Numbered from the stretch's first letter, positions 1 to 8,330 are shown. The stretch: 43,071 bases of DNA from a virus (IMGVR_UViG_3300014489_000001:64001-107071), one strand, 5' to 3'. Program-made: numbers and translations. The notes: generated by a model not told the origin, from the sequence alone.

Positions 1-5
1 TCTAT

Positions 6-94
6 GCTCCTGCCTAGTAAGATCCTAGGGAAATGCAGAGATTTAATCTCGGTAGGACTTCGGTCCGAAGTGGGTTCAAGTCCCACCAGGAGTT
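6..94 (+). tRNA. Atypical class II tRNA-like gene (Leu-TAA-like or ochre suppressor TTA; possibly degenerate)
   Basis: Acceptor GCTCCTG/CAGGAGT, canonical T arm GTGGG-TTCAAGT-CCCAC and long variable hairpin GGAC-TTCG-GTCC. The D arm and anticodon loop (ATTTAAT) are non-canonical. Confidence 0.6.
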
Positions 95-102
95 CCCTTT
101 AC

Positions 103-175
103 GCCTCGTTCGACTTCTGGTTGAGGTCATCAGGTTTTCACCCTGAGTAGGTGGGATCGAAACCCACACGAGGTA
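103..175 (+). tRNA. tRNA-Glu(TTC)
   Basis: Acceptor GCCTCGT/ACGAGGT, anticodon arm TCAGG-TTTTCAC-CCTGA, T arm GTGGG-ATCGAAA-CCCAC. Confidence 0.88.
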
Positions 176-179
176 ATCA

Positions 180-250
180 CGGGATATAGCTTGAAGGCCA
201 AGCACGCGGTTTGGGACCGCGAGTCGACAGTTCGATTCTGTCTATCCCGA
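180..250 (+). tRNA. tRNA-Pro(TGG)
   Basis: Acceptor CGGGATA/TATCCCG, anticodon arm CGCGG-TTTGGGA-CCGCG, T loop TTCGATT. Confidence 0.92.
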
Positions 251-261
251 ATGTAGATTAT

Positions 262-333
262 GGGCTTGTAGTTCTAACGGGAAAACATCGGATTTGCACT
301 CCGAAATTGAGGGTTCGATTCCCTCCAGGTCCA
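262..333 (+). tRNA. tRNA-Ala(TGC)
   Basis: Acceptor GGGCTTG/CAGGTCC with the G3:U70 Ala identity pair, anticodon arm TCGGA-TTTGCAC-TCCGA, T arm GAGGG-TTCGATT-CCCTC. Confidence 0.92.
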
Positions 334-339
334 CTGTAT

Positions 340-411
340 TGCTCGGTAGTACAATCGGTAGTATGCCTGGCTGTTAACCAGGAGACCTAGGTTCGATTCC
401 TAGCTGAGCAG
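340..411 (+). tRNA. tRNA-Asn(GTT)
   Basis: Acceptor TGCTCGG/CTGAGCA, anticodon arm CCTGG-CTGTTAA-CCAGG, T arm CTAGG-TTCGATT-CCTAG. Confidence 0.93.
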
Positions 412-452
412 TTAGCGGTAGTTTCCACTTCATGGAGATGACGCCGCTTCGA

Positions 453-531
453 GACCCACGGTAGCCCAAAAGCAGAGGCACCCTGATACAAAAGGGTTTA
501 AGTTGGAGGTATCGAATCCTTCACGTGGGTC
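453..531 (+). tRNA. Degenerate or atypical tRNA (anticodon GAT or TAC in an 8-nt loop)
   Basis: Closing stem GACCCACG/CGTGGGTC, D-like TAGCCCAAAAGCAGAGGC, anticodon stem ACCCT/AGGGT with loop GATACAAA, T-like arm GGAGG-TATCGAAT-CCTTC. Confidence 0.55.
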
Positions 532-540
532 CTATAAAAT

Positions 541-576
541 AAGCCCGCATAGAATTCTATGCGGGCTTTTCGTTTT
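541..576 (+). terminator. Intrinsic terminator of the tRNA cluster
   Basis: Perfect 28-bp palindrome AAGCCCGCATAGAATTCTATGCGGGCTT followed by TTCGTTTT. Confidence 0.85.
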
Positions 577-613
577 GAATCGAATCATTCTAACATTTAT
601 TTTAACATTGCTA

Positions 614-642
614 TTGACAAGCCGTTAAAAATATGTTATAAT
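614..642 (+). promoter_or_regulatory. Consensus sigma70 promoter with extended -10
   Basis: TTGACA (614-619), 17-bp spacer, TG-T-TATAAT (637-642). Confidence 0.9.
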
Positions 643-712
643 AGAGTAACAGCGGACACGCTCAGGAATCGAATCGGAAATGATTACATGGCAAGAAAGG
701 TAGAAGTCTAAC

Positions 713-1051
713 ATGGACAACAACAAGAAAATACATATCGCTGAGTGTAAAAAGCGATTCGAGCAATGGCGTCAGAATCACCGATTCATCATTCGGTACG
801 TTCGTCACGCTGCAAACAAACACCCATTCGCCGTTGTGCTGGCTTACGCTGATAATGGCCAGATTCGAGTAGGGTTCAGTAAGTGCAACAAGACTGATGT
901 TTGGAATCGCTACATCGGTCTGCTGAAAGCCATCGACGATGGCAGGTCTGATAATGCCCGCGTAATCCCGATGCGAATCATGAAGGAAGTCCACGAGATG
1001 ATCGATTTCGCGCACAGCGACAAGGGCCGTGAGTGTTTAGAAGTGGCATAA
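713..1051 (+). CDS. Hypothetical phage protein (112 aa)
   Basis: RBS AAAGGT, sits downstream of a strong promoter. GFSKCNKTDVWNRYIG resembles the GxSxCxxxDxFxxxxG motif of a widespread small phage family. Confidence 0.75.
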   Translation: MDNNKKIHIAECKKRFEQWRQNHRFIIRYVRHAANKHPFAVVLAYADNGQIRVGFSKCNKTDVWNRYIGLLKAIDDGRSDNARVIPMRIMKEVHEMIDFAHSDKGRECLEVA

Positions 1052-1088
1052 GAATCGAATCAAAATCCGAACTATTTTGGAATAGGTC

Positions 1089-1117
1089 TTGACAAGCGCG
1101 GAATTTTATGTTATAAT
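1089..1117 (+). promoter_or_regulatory. Consensus sigma70 promoter with extended -10
   Basis: TTGACA (1089-1094), 17-bp spacer, TG-T-TATAAT (1112-1117). Shares TGTTATAATAGAGTA with the promoter at 614. Confidence 0.9.
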
Positions 1118-1225
1118 AGAGTATGAGCCGAAGGGCTAAAGAATCGAATCCCACGCAACTGGAATCTAGACGCGAGAATTTAGATTCCTGAGATACTGCT
1201 TAGTTTCTCGCAGGAGAGTACCGTT

Positions 1226-1639
1226 ATGAAATGGTTTCTTGCGCTCGTTGTTTTGGGAATCACCTGCATCGACGTGGAAGCAGGTCCGATTCTCAACTGG
1301 CTACGCTCCCAGCGTGCAGGCTATGAATCTCCGGTAACGTATTACCAAGAGGTCGCGACGCAGCAATCGTGTTGCTGCAACGATGGCGTCACTACGACAC
1401 CGCTTCAAGCCGCACCAACGCCTGAGCCGATTCAGGTCGCTCCAATGAACCAGCTCAACACCGACCGCCAGCGCCAATCGCAGTTCGACAATGAAGTTCA
1501 ACGGCAGTTACAACTGCAACATGGGTCGCAGCAACAGATTCCGCCGGTCGAACGTCGAACTCTGCCCGAACGGCCGCTATCGAATCGTCCGCTTTCCGAA
1601 CAGCCATTCCCGAATGAGGCGCCAGCGCTTCCCAAGTAA
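1226..1639 (+). CDS. Secreted Gln/Pro-rich hypothetical protein
   Basis: RBS AGGAG, signal peptide MKWFLALVVLGITCIDVEA, low-complexity Q/P body. Confidence 0.75.
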   Translation: MKWFLALVVLGITCIDVEAGPILNWLRSQRAGYESPVTYYQEVATQQSCCCNDGVTTTPLQAAPTPEPIQVAPMNQLNTDRQRQSQFDNEVQRQLQLQHGSQQQIPPVERRTLPERPLSNRPLSEQPFPNEAPALPK

Positions 1640-1652
1640 AGGGAGGTTCGCA

Positions 1653-1748
1653 ATGAGATGGATACTCGTAATCATTATGCTCGGAATGATTGTGTATGAG
1701 GAAATACCAGTCATAACTCCGAAACCGATACCGATTATAAAACGGTAG
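1653..1748 (+). CDS. Small membrane peptide (31 aa)
   Basis: RBS GGGAGG at 1641, MRWILVIIMLGMIVYEEIPVITPKPIPIIKR. It is the 3' part of track ORF 1491..1748. Confidence 0.6.
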   Translation: MRWILVIIMLGMIVYEEIPVITPKPIPIIKR

Positions 1749-1789
1749 CGAAAAAGGCCATGTAGCATCTTGCTACATGGCCTTTTTCG
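1749..1789. terminator. Bidirectional intrinsic terminator between convergent units
   Basis: Stem AAAAAGGCCATGTAGCA-TCT-TGCTACATGGCCTTTTT, giving a U tract in each direction. Confidence 0.9.
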
Positions 1790-1807
1790 TTTTCACTCGT
1801 CAGTGAT

Positions 1808-2800
1808 TTACAGCTTTTTGAATTGTGCCCAGAATGCAGCGTTTGGCGCGCCGAGACCGGTGCAATAATCATAACCAGGGCCAGCCTTATAAGCACCGTT
1901 AGAACCCTTGGTAATGTCGGTCATCAATTTAGACGCATAGGCCGTCTCGATGAAATTCTTGATACGTTGTGTCGTGTTGCTTGCAACACACGCAACGCCA
2001 CCAGCTAACATTGGACCAACAGCCGACGTGCCACCAAAGGTGTTCCAAACACCCTTGATCACGATTGGATATCCGCTGTTCGGATCAGCATCCAGAGCCA
2101 TGTCTGGAACACCACGCATTGTGCCCAAAGACTGATAGGCTGGTTTTGTGTAGAGTTTGGAAATCCCTCCACCACCATCTGCCCAAGCCTCTTCGTCGGT
2201 AGTGATGGATGTACCACCAGCAGCTACCGAGTGTGGCGAACTTGCCGGGAAATCCACGTTCGAACCTGGATCACCATCGGTACTGCCGTTGTCACCGGAT
2301 GCAACGAAAACAGGAATGTTAAGATTCTTGCACGCAAGAATCGCGAGATTCATTGCCGTGTTGTCGCCGTTGGCTTCATCGGAACCCCAACTGATTGTGC
2401 AAGCAACACAGGTGTCCATCGCTGCAACCGCTGCGACTGCGTTGGCAAAAGAGTCGTCCGTGTTTTGTGCGAAAAAGATTCGAATGCCGACTTTGCCGCG
2501 AGTAGCGCCGATGATATTCTGGATGTCGAGAGCATTCTCTCCATCGGCAGAATTGGGATCACCTGTATAATCATTCTTGGCGCCATCGACGGAATAATCA
2601 CGAACATCAGGACGCGGCAAACCGTACTGTGTACAGTATGCGACGATATCAGCCCAAGCGTAACCACCACCAAGGCTGATGATTGCCACATTGACAGGAT
2701 GAGAACCTGGCACAGGGAATCCATACCGTTCAGCCAGAGACACACCCGAAAAGCTTACATGTGGCTTTTCAGCCTTCGGGCGTTTGATGTAAGATTTCAT
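1808..2800 (-). CDS. S53 family (sedolisin/kumamolisin-like) serine peptidase, catalytic domain only
   Basis: GENALD (Glu/Asp), TISWG, ASGDNG (oxyanion Asp), GGTSAVGP (Ser), and Ca-site-like DITKGSNG...GYDYCTGLGAPN. RBS AGGAGG places the start at 2800. Confidence 0.93.
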   Translation of the reverse strand: MKSYIKRPKAEKPHVSFSGVSLAERYGFPVPGSHPVNVAIISLGGGYAWADIVAYCTQYGLPRPDVRDYSVDGAKNDYTGDPNSADGENALDIQNIIGATRGKVGIRIFFAQNTDDSFANAVAAVAAMDTCVACTISWGSDEANGDNTAMNLAILACKNLNIPVFVASGDNGSTDGDPGSNVDFPASSPHSVAAGGTSITTDEEAWADGGGGISKLYTKPAYQSLGTMRGVPDMALDADPNSGYPIVIKGVWNTFGGTSAVGPMLAGGVACVASNTTQRIKNFIETAYASKLMTDITKGSNGAYKAGPGYDYCTGLGAPNAAFWAQFKKL

Positions 2801-2816
2801 CTCTACCTCCTGGGAA

Positions 2817-2846
2817 AAGAAAAGGCCGTGGAACGATTCCACGGCC
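2817..2846 (-). terminator. Terminator-like hairpin abutting the S53 RBS
   Basis: GGCCGTGG-7nt-CCACGGCC followed by TTTTCTTTT on the minus strand. Confidence 0.7.
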
Positions 2847-2854
2847 CTTATTGA

Positions 2855-3427
2855 TTACAGCGTTGGTGGTGTCTCGTACACCAAGATGCAGCGAACGATG
2901 CCGACTGTGGCAGTTTCGAGTGTGCCCGTCAAGAGGCAACACAGACTGTAAGTCACTTGACTTGCATTCAAACTTGCAGCGTCACCTGGGACGTTGCCAA
3001 TCTGATATGCTGCTGCCAAGTTAGCAGCACCAGCCAACAGAGAGTGTGGCGCCGAGCCTTCGAGACCGATGCCGAGGGAGGTACCAGTGACACTGGTGAC
3101 TGCCGTCAGAATCTTGAAAGCCGCCAACTTGACCTTGCTGCCGGCCGGAACAACTGCGATTGGCAAATTCGAATTGCCGCCGCTGACAGAGAGGTCAAGA
3201 GTCACGTCGACGCGAACTTCTTGCAGACCAGCCGGATCAGTCATGACGCGAGTACGCAGACCATCGAAATTGAGTTCGACTTCCTGCCTGGTGCTGATGG
3301 TGGTACCACGATTCGGATCGGTGTAGGTACCGTAATTCACCATCTTGATCACGTCGGCGTAGAAATCATATGGAGGCAACGCAGCTGCCAAGCAAGCAGC
3401 GACTGGTTGACCGTTCAAAAACTTCAT
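2855..3427 (-). CDS. Putative virion decoration/structural protein with N-terminal leader MKFLNGQPVAAC
   Basis: RBS GGGAG. C-terminal beta-rich segment (KILTAVTSVTGTSLGIG...VRCILVYE) resembles cement/decoration jelly-roll proteins. Confidence 0.55.
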   Translation of the reverse strand: MKFLNGQPVAACLAAALPPYDFYADVIKMVNYGTYTDPNRGTTISTRQEVELNFDGLRTRVMTDPAGLQEVRVDVTLDLSVSGGNSNLPIAVVPAGSKVKLAAFKILTAVTSVTGTSLGIGLEGSAPHSLLAGAANLAAAYQIGNVPGDAASLNASQVTYSLCCLLTGTLETATVGIVRCILVYETPPTL

Positions 3428-3428
3428 G

Positions 3429-3695
3429 TTAAATCTCCCGTTTTGTACAAGTCTGACAGTAACTCGGATTCACATAGAGTCCGATCAATGAACAACTATC
3501 AACGATTTTGCTTCCCAAAGGACATTTGACACGGATGCCAATTTGACGAAACTTGCAGGGTTTATATTCCAAGACAAACCGATAAGGATCGGATGGGTCC
3601 CGAACATAACCCGGCTCACTGAATCTCGGTGGCATACCTCGACATGGAAACACAATGTCGAAGCCAACCATTCTTGCACCAGGTGGAAGATTCAT
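3429..3695 (-). CDS. Small Cys-rich hypothetical protein (88 aa)
   Basis: ATGA overlap with the upstream gene; 6 Cys including a terminal CQTC. Confidence 0.65.
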   Translation of the reverse strand: MNLPPGARMVGFDIVFPCRGMPPRFSEPGYVRDPSDPYRFVLEYKPCKFRQIGIRVKCPLGSKIVDSCSLIGLYVNPSYCQTCTKREI

Positions 3696-4585
3696 GGTGA
3701 TATCCCGGTATCGTAAGGACTTGGAGGCGGACTTGGATACTCGAAGCTATTAGGTATCTCAGGTGTACCATTAACATCGACATACGGATCAGCATCAGTC
3801 CCAGCGTGCCAAGATGCATCATCATCGTAACCAGAATCCCAGCCGACTGCTTCAACTTCATAACCTACAGAATACACTACACCTATTGCACCAACAAAGT
3901 TACCAGCAGTTTCATAAAATCCAGAAGCATCTCCTGGAAAATTAATTTGATGTGCACTCCATTGCGGACATGGTAACATATGGTGTCTAGTGTGTGGTGT
4001 ATACCAATAAGTTCCTTCAAGACCAGTTGTTGTATCTAATGTTACAAATGACTGAGTATAAGGATTTATATCAGTGATTACTGATGGTTGTCCAGGGCCA
4101 ACACCGAATGCTTGGATGGTAAAATTAACAGGACCACAACCGAAACTATATACGGTGTTCCTATTCCAGTAGAAAATAGTGGGGCCAAATTGCTCTGATG
4201 TTGGTAGGATACCATCTGGTCCAAAGCTAGATGCATACAACACTGTAACACGAAGTCGAATATCCGTTTGACCATCCGGCCAAGGACATTTGTCGATTCT
4301 AACACGCCTTCTAAGCATTGTACCTTTTTTGCCAAAGTATGACTCAGCATTGGCAGTATTCATTCCAAATCCACCTTCAATAGCTAGTGCATTGCTAGCA
4401 TTTTGAGTGGTAAACAGATGACCAGTCAGTGGTGAGGAACTAAAGGGAGACAAAATAAAAGGTTCTGATTCTGGTGCATGTAGGGGGTCTACATAACCAT
4501 GTTGAGACAATGCTTTAAACATGCGTGCAAGTATACCAGCAGAAACTGTCTGTGAATCGGGACTAATTGGATCGCCGAGATTCAT
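3692..4585 (-). CDS. Putative tail-associated protein (297 aa)
   Basis: RBS GGGAGG, directly downstream of the tail tip gene. Beta-rich with an acidic/Pro-rich C-terminus. Confidence 0.6.
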   Translation of the reverse strand: MNLGDPISPDSQTVSAGILARMFKALSQHGYVDPLHAPESEPFILSPFSSSPLTGHLFTTQNASNALAIEGGFGMNTANAESYFGKKGTMLRRRVRIDKCPWPDGQTDIRLRVTVLYASSFGPDGILPTSEQFGPTIFYWNRNTVYSFGCGPVNFTIQAFGVGPGQPSVITDINPYTQSFVTLDTTTGLEGTYWYTPHTRHHMLPCPQWSAHQINFPGDASGFYETAGNFVGAIGVVYSVGYEVEAVGWDSGYDDDASWHAGTDADPYVDVNGTPEIPNSFEYPSPPPSPYDTGISP

Positions 4586-4601
4586 TTATACCTCCCAGAC
4601 C

Positions 4602-4636
4602 AAGCAGTACACCAGATTAATTCTGGTGTACTGCTT
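4602..4636. other. Perfect 15-bp intergenic inverted repeat without U tract
   Basis: AAGCAGTACACCAGA-TTAAT-TCTGGTGTACTGCTT. Confidence 0.85.
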
Positions 4637-4640
4637 GAAA

Positions 4641-7600
4641 TTAGCCGACCCACACGGGCACCTGCATCGTGTACTCTACTGCACTGTTAGGACCACCATC
4701 TGATGGATTACCGTTTGAACCTTTTCCAGTACCAGAATCCTTTTTAGTACCTTTAGCAATCAATGCCCAGGTACCGGCAGGTACATTGTCACCTGTGATC
4801 TGCAATTGCTTAACGAAATTAACGACTTGTGGTGTCCCATTGAGACCTTCCATATAGACGTTTACAACGTAAGGTCCAGAGCCAGAACCACTCTGAACAA
4901 CACCAGGGAATGTACTTGCACCAGGTGTTCCGGGTACAAATAAGTACGAAGAATTAGTCTGAACTCTTGCAGATGTAAAAGCCTGAGCAGCAGCAGTCAA
5001 AACATCAGAAGCAGACTGTACTGCGGCTAATGCATCCGTTGCTGCTTGTTGTGCTGCTTGTACTCCAGTCTGGGCACCACTGTTACCAGGATTAGCATTA
5101 GCAAAAGCAGTAGCAGTAGCCGATGCGGCACTAGCTTGTTGTGCTTTCTTCAAAGCTTGTTGTGATGCGACCATAGCAGCAGCGTAAGCTGCCGCTGCTG
5201 CCGCTGCTGCACCTGCGTCACCAGTTGTCCAAACTAATTGACATACCATGACCCATGTATCTGGTTCCACTGGTGTAGAATTATTTTCTGCATCATAGGA
5301 AGCATCAACTGCGGTCCATGTAATCGGTGGCTGCGTAAGTCCTTGTGTATAAGCCTGAGTTACATAAGACCCTGGTTGCGGTGGAGTACCAGCAGTTGTA
5401 GGTCCAGACACGATCTGTGCTGGAAATGTAACTGTTGGCGTTTTCGTCGTCGTACCTGCTGTCGATGTGGAATCAGCAGGTGCTGTTGCATCCGCAGGTG
5501 GAACTAATCCTGTTACAGGATCAGTCGGTGTTGGCTGAAATGGCAAGAATCCTGGATCAGTACGACCATCAAGATTACCCATTGGTGTAATTGGTGCCGG
5601 TGGTGAATTCTCAGGTGGTTCTGTCTGACCAGGAGTAGGGCTACCGGAATCAATAGCCTGCCTAATTCCTTTATTCATAGGGAATGTGGTTCCACCAGAT
5701 GGTCTGGCAGATGAAATATCACCACTCGCTGTGATACCTGGCCCGCTGCTTCCTGGTTGATCAAGGATAGTAGGATAGAATAAGAACGTACTATCCACTG
5801 GCCATGCAAAATCATACTGAGTCATTTCACCAAGCCGCACAGGCATCCATACTTCAAACTCAATTTCCATAGTATCAGAATTAAGATGCGTACTGTTTAT
5901 CAAACCAGTAATCATCCCTGTGCAAACCCAATTACTTGCAAAGTTAATTGCAACAGGATCAAACGATTCCAATTGAAGTTTGTGCAATGGTGTCTTGAAC
6001 TTTACCAACTTCCATGTATTGGATTTTCGAATCAACCAGAAGGTTGCAGCCAAATCAACCATACTAGGATTATTGTACGAATACCAATCATAATCCTGAA
6101 TATGTAGACCATACTTTCCTTGGTTATTACGGAGAATGACCTTATCTGTACCGCTTCCTTTCTCGCTATCACGAAGTGGACCGTAATCCATTTTGTAACT
6201 GGCCATCAATTTCGTGACCAAATTCTCCGTAGGCGTGCAATCCAATTCAAGAGAACCAAAGATGATATCATCCAAAGTAATCGTGTCAACAGCATCCGGC
6301 TCAGGCACCAAGTATCGCATGTAGAATATACGATTCTTGAGCCAAATTGCGCATCGTGCTTGATATGCAATCTCACCTAAAACTTGAATGATATTTTTTC
6401 TGTCAAACAAGCAAAAGTGGCTAGCAAAATTATTTACTTGAGCACGTACTGTTGCAAAACTTGCTGAATCAATACCAAACTTGGTATATGTTTGAATCAA
6501 CCAAGTAATGATATCAACAGTATTTGGACCAACTGGTGAAATCAGGTCGGCATAGATTGTATCTTCCCAACCCTCGTCCCAATACGTCATTGGTCGAACC
6601 AATGTTATGACTGTTGCTAAGAACGGTGCGACATCATAATCGCCGAACTGTTGAATAGATACGTCATAATAATGATTGTTGGGTAACCCTGTACCAGGTG
6701 TCAAAATATTGTCACCTGCTGCAAATCCTGCTAATGCAGTATTCACACCAACGAACGGATTACTACCGTCAAGAATTTCACCAAATGGTGTTGCAGCAGT
6801 AATATTACCTAATGTGTCACCAGTGCCACCACTAGGGATGCTCGTCAACAATTTCGTTTGATTGAAATCTCGCGTCGCATACAAACCTACAACAGTGCAA
6901 GGCAGCATCGCTGCAATGTATCGTGTAGGGAGCGGACTTAACCATTTGATTGCAGTGCCAGCCTTGATAAAAGCAAAACCACCACCATGCACAGTTATAC
7001 TGACAGGAGTTGCAGGTTGATCAATTTCTAAGTTTCCATAGAAATTGTAGATACCAATCTGACCACCTGAATATGAATAAGTGACAGGAACCTTTCTGGC
7101 AACTGATATGATAGTCATAGTGGAATCACCACGACCATCACTATTATTACGAGGCGTAATTGTAACTGTTAAAATCAATGGTCCAACTTCAATCAATGCT
7201 GTTTGATTTTGTGGGAATGTACTTCCATTAAATAACGTCACTGACGTTATTTCAAAACTCTGTTCTTGTCCAAGTTGACGTTCAAGCCTCCCAAGGTCGT
7301 TATTTATTGTATTACCTTGATCAGCATCTGCTTTCAATAATGCATTGTTGGTAGCAAGATTAACATCATCAGCTTTTTGAATAGCATCTGTTAATGCCTT
7401 GCTATTAGCGGCATCTGCGGCATCGGCAGCAGCAGAATCGGCAGTAATTTTGTCTTCTGCGTCTTTTTTTGCCTGGGTCAACTCATCACTAGGCGACCCA
7501 CCAGCTTGTGTGATTAAATCGATTTCCTCTTGAATCACTGCCAAAGCAATCGTATCAGCGGTCGCTGTATTAAGACGATTTAAATCTAATGCAACTTGTG

Positions 7601-8330
7601 CTAATGTAAAAGCATTTTCTGCATCAGTGCCAGCCTTTGCTTGAACATCAGCAGCTTGTAATGATTTCGTTGTCTGATTAGCTGAGAAAGCACTTTCCTG
7701 TTGAAACAGATTGAATAGTTGTGCATTAAGTGCTGGATCATGAACACCAAAACTATCCATAATAATCGCACTGGACACAATATCAAATCGAAGAGACGGA
7801 ACTTTCAACGGTGAACCAAAAGGCAATGGCCAAGCTTTGCCGATTAAATCATCAGGTAGTGTGGGGAAATCACCTTCTTCGGCCGAGAATCCAATTTCTT
7901 GATCCTCGACTTTAGAGATTACCTCAAAACTCAGTGTACGATCTTTCTCGCTCCACGCAATTGGAGTATTGACGTAACCTTCAAAAATGATGAATTTGTC
8001 ATCGAATGAAAGTTCGGTGAACCATTGATAGACATTAACCAACTTAAAATGAAAATCTATAACATTATAGAGATTCTTAATCGTCTGGTCGATATCATCA
8101 AGTTTGATAGTAATCGATTGTGAAGAAGAAGAGCCGCTTATAGACACTACATCTTCAAGGTGACCAAGCTCAAGAATCTTGCCTTCTAATTGCGGCAAAT
8201 CAAAAAATGCACCACGGTCGCAATAGAACCAACTGTGGGCGCCATCCCAGATGCATTCCACAACGATCAACGGTTCGCCACCGCGTGCCGTAGTAATCTG
8301 GGCCATTGCATTCGCACTGATGTTTCTCAT
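4641..8330 (-). CDS. Tail tip / central tail fibre (hub-like) protein, 1229 aa
   Basis: Lies two genes after the TMP. N-terminal tail-tip segment (FEGYVNTPIAWSEKDRTLSFEV, GKAWPLPFG), hub-like core (NIIQVLGEIAYQARCAIWLKNRIFYMR), Ala-rich coiled-coil inserts. Confidence 0.75.
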   Translation of the reverse strand: MRNISANAMAQITTARGGEPLIVVECIWDGAHSWFYCDRGAFFDLPQLEGKILELGHLEDVVSISGSSSSQSITIKLDDIDQTIKNLYNVIDFHFKLVNVYQWFTELSFDDKFIIFEGYVNTPIAWSEKDRTLSFEVISKVEDQEIGFSAEEGDFPTLPDDLIGKAWPLPFGSPLKVPSLRFDIVSSAIIMDSFGVHDPALNAQLFNLFQQESAFSANQTTKSLQAADVQAKAGTDAENAFTLAQVALDLNRLNTATADTIALAVIQEEIDLITQAGGSPSDELTQAKKDAEDKITADSAAADAADAANSKALTDAIQKADDVNLATNNALLKADADQGNTINNDLGRLERQLGQEQSFEITSVTLFNGSTFPQNQTALIEVGPLILTVTITPRNNSDGRGDSTMTIISVARKVPVTYSYSGGQIGIYNFYGNLEIDQPATPVSITVHGGGFAFIKAGTAIKWLSPLPTRYIAAMLPCTVVGLYATRDFNQTKLLTSIPSGGTGDTLGNITAATPFGEILDGSNPFVGVNTALAGFAAGDNILTPGTGLPNNHYYDVSIQQFGDYDVAPFLATVITLVRPMTYWDEGWEDTIYADLISPVGPNTVDIITWLIQTYTKFGIDSASFATVRAQVNNFASHFCLFDRKNIIQVLGEIAYQARCAIWLKNRIFYMRYLVPEPDAVDTITLDDIIFGSLELDCTPTENLVTKLMASYKMDYGPLRDSEKGSGTDKVILRNNQGKYGLHIQDYDWYSYNNPSMVDLAATFWLIRKSNTWKLVKFKTPLHKLQLESFDPVAINFASNWVCTGMITGLINSTHLNSDTMEIEFEVWMPVRLGEMTQYDFAWPVDSTFLFYPTILDQPGSSGPGITASGDISSARPSGGTTFPMNKGIRQAIDSGSPTPGQTEPPENSPPAPITPMGNLDGRTDPGFLPFQPTPTDPVTGLVPPADATAPADSTSTAGTTTKTPTVTFPAQIVSGPTTAGTPPQPGSYVTQAYTQGLTQPPITWTAVDASYDAENNSTPVEPDTWVMVCQLVWTTGDAGAAAAAAAAYAAAMVASQQALKKAQQASAASATATAFANANPGNSGAQTGVQAAQQAATDALAAVQSASDVLTAAAQAFTSARVQTNSSYLFVPGTPGASTFPGVVQSGSGSGPYVVNVYMEGLNGTPQVVNFVKQLQITGDNVPAGTWALIAKGTKKDSGTGKGSNGNPSDGGPNSAVEYTMQVPVWVG

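Larger units (their letters stand above)
577..1150 (+). repeat. Four GAATCGAATC boxes flanking two promoters (putative operators)
   Basis: Exact copies at 577, 666, 1052 and 1141. Each pair lies 37 bp upstream and 52 bp downstream of the first base of a TTGACA box. Confidence 0.8.

Noticed and set aside
14-205. Minus-strand 63-aa ORF
   Set aside because: It overlaps tRNA genes on the opposite strand
415-448. Hairpin AGCGG...TTCCA-CTTCA-TGGAG...CCGCT between tRNAs
   Set aside because: An imperfect single stem with no tRNA arms; too weak to call
1823-3529. Several plus-strand ORFs over the S53 and decoration-like genes
   Set aside because: They overlap motif-supported genes on the other strand and have no independent signals
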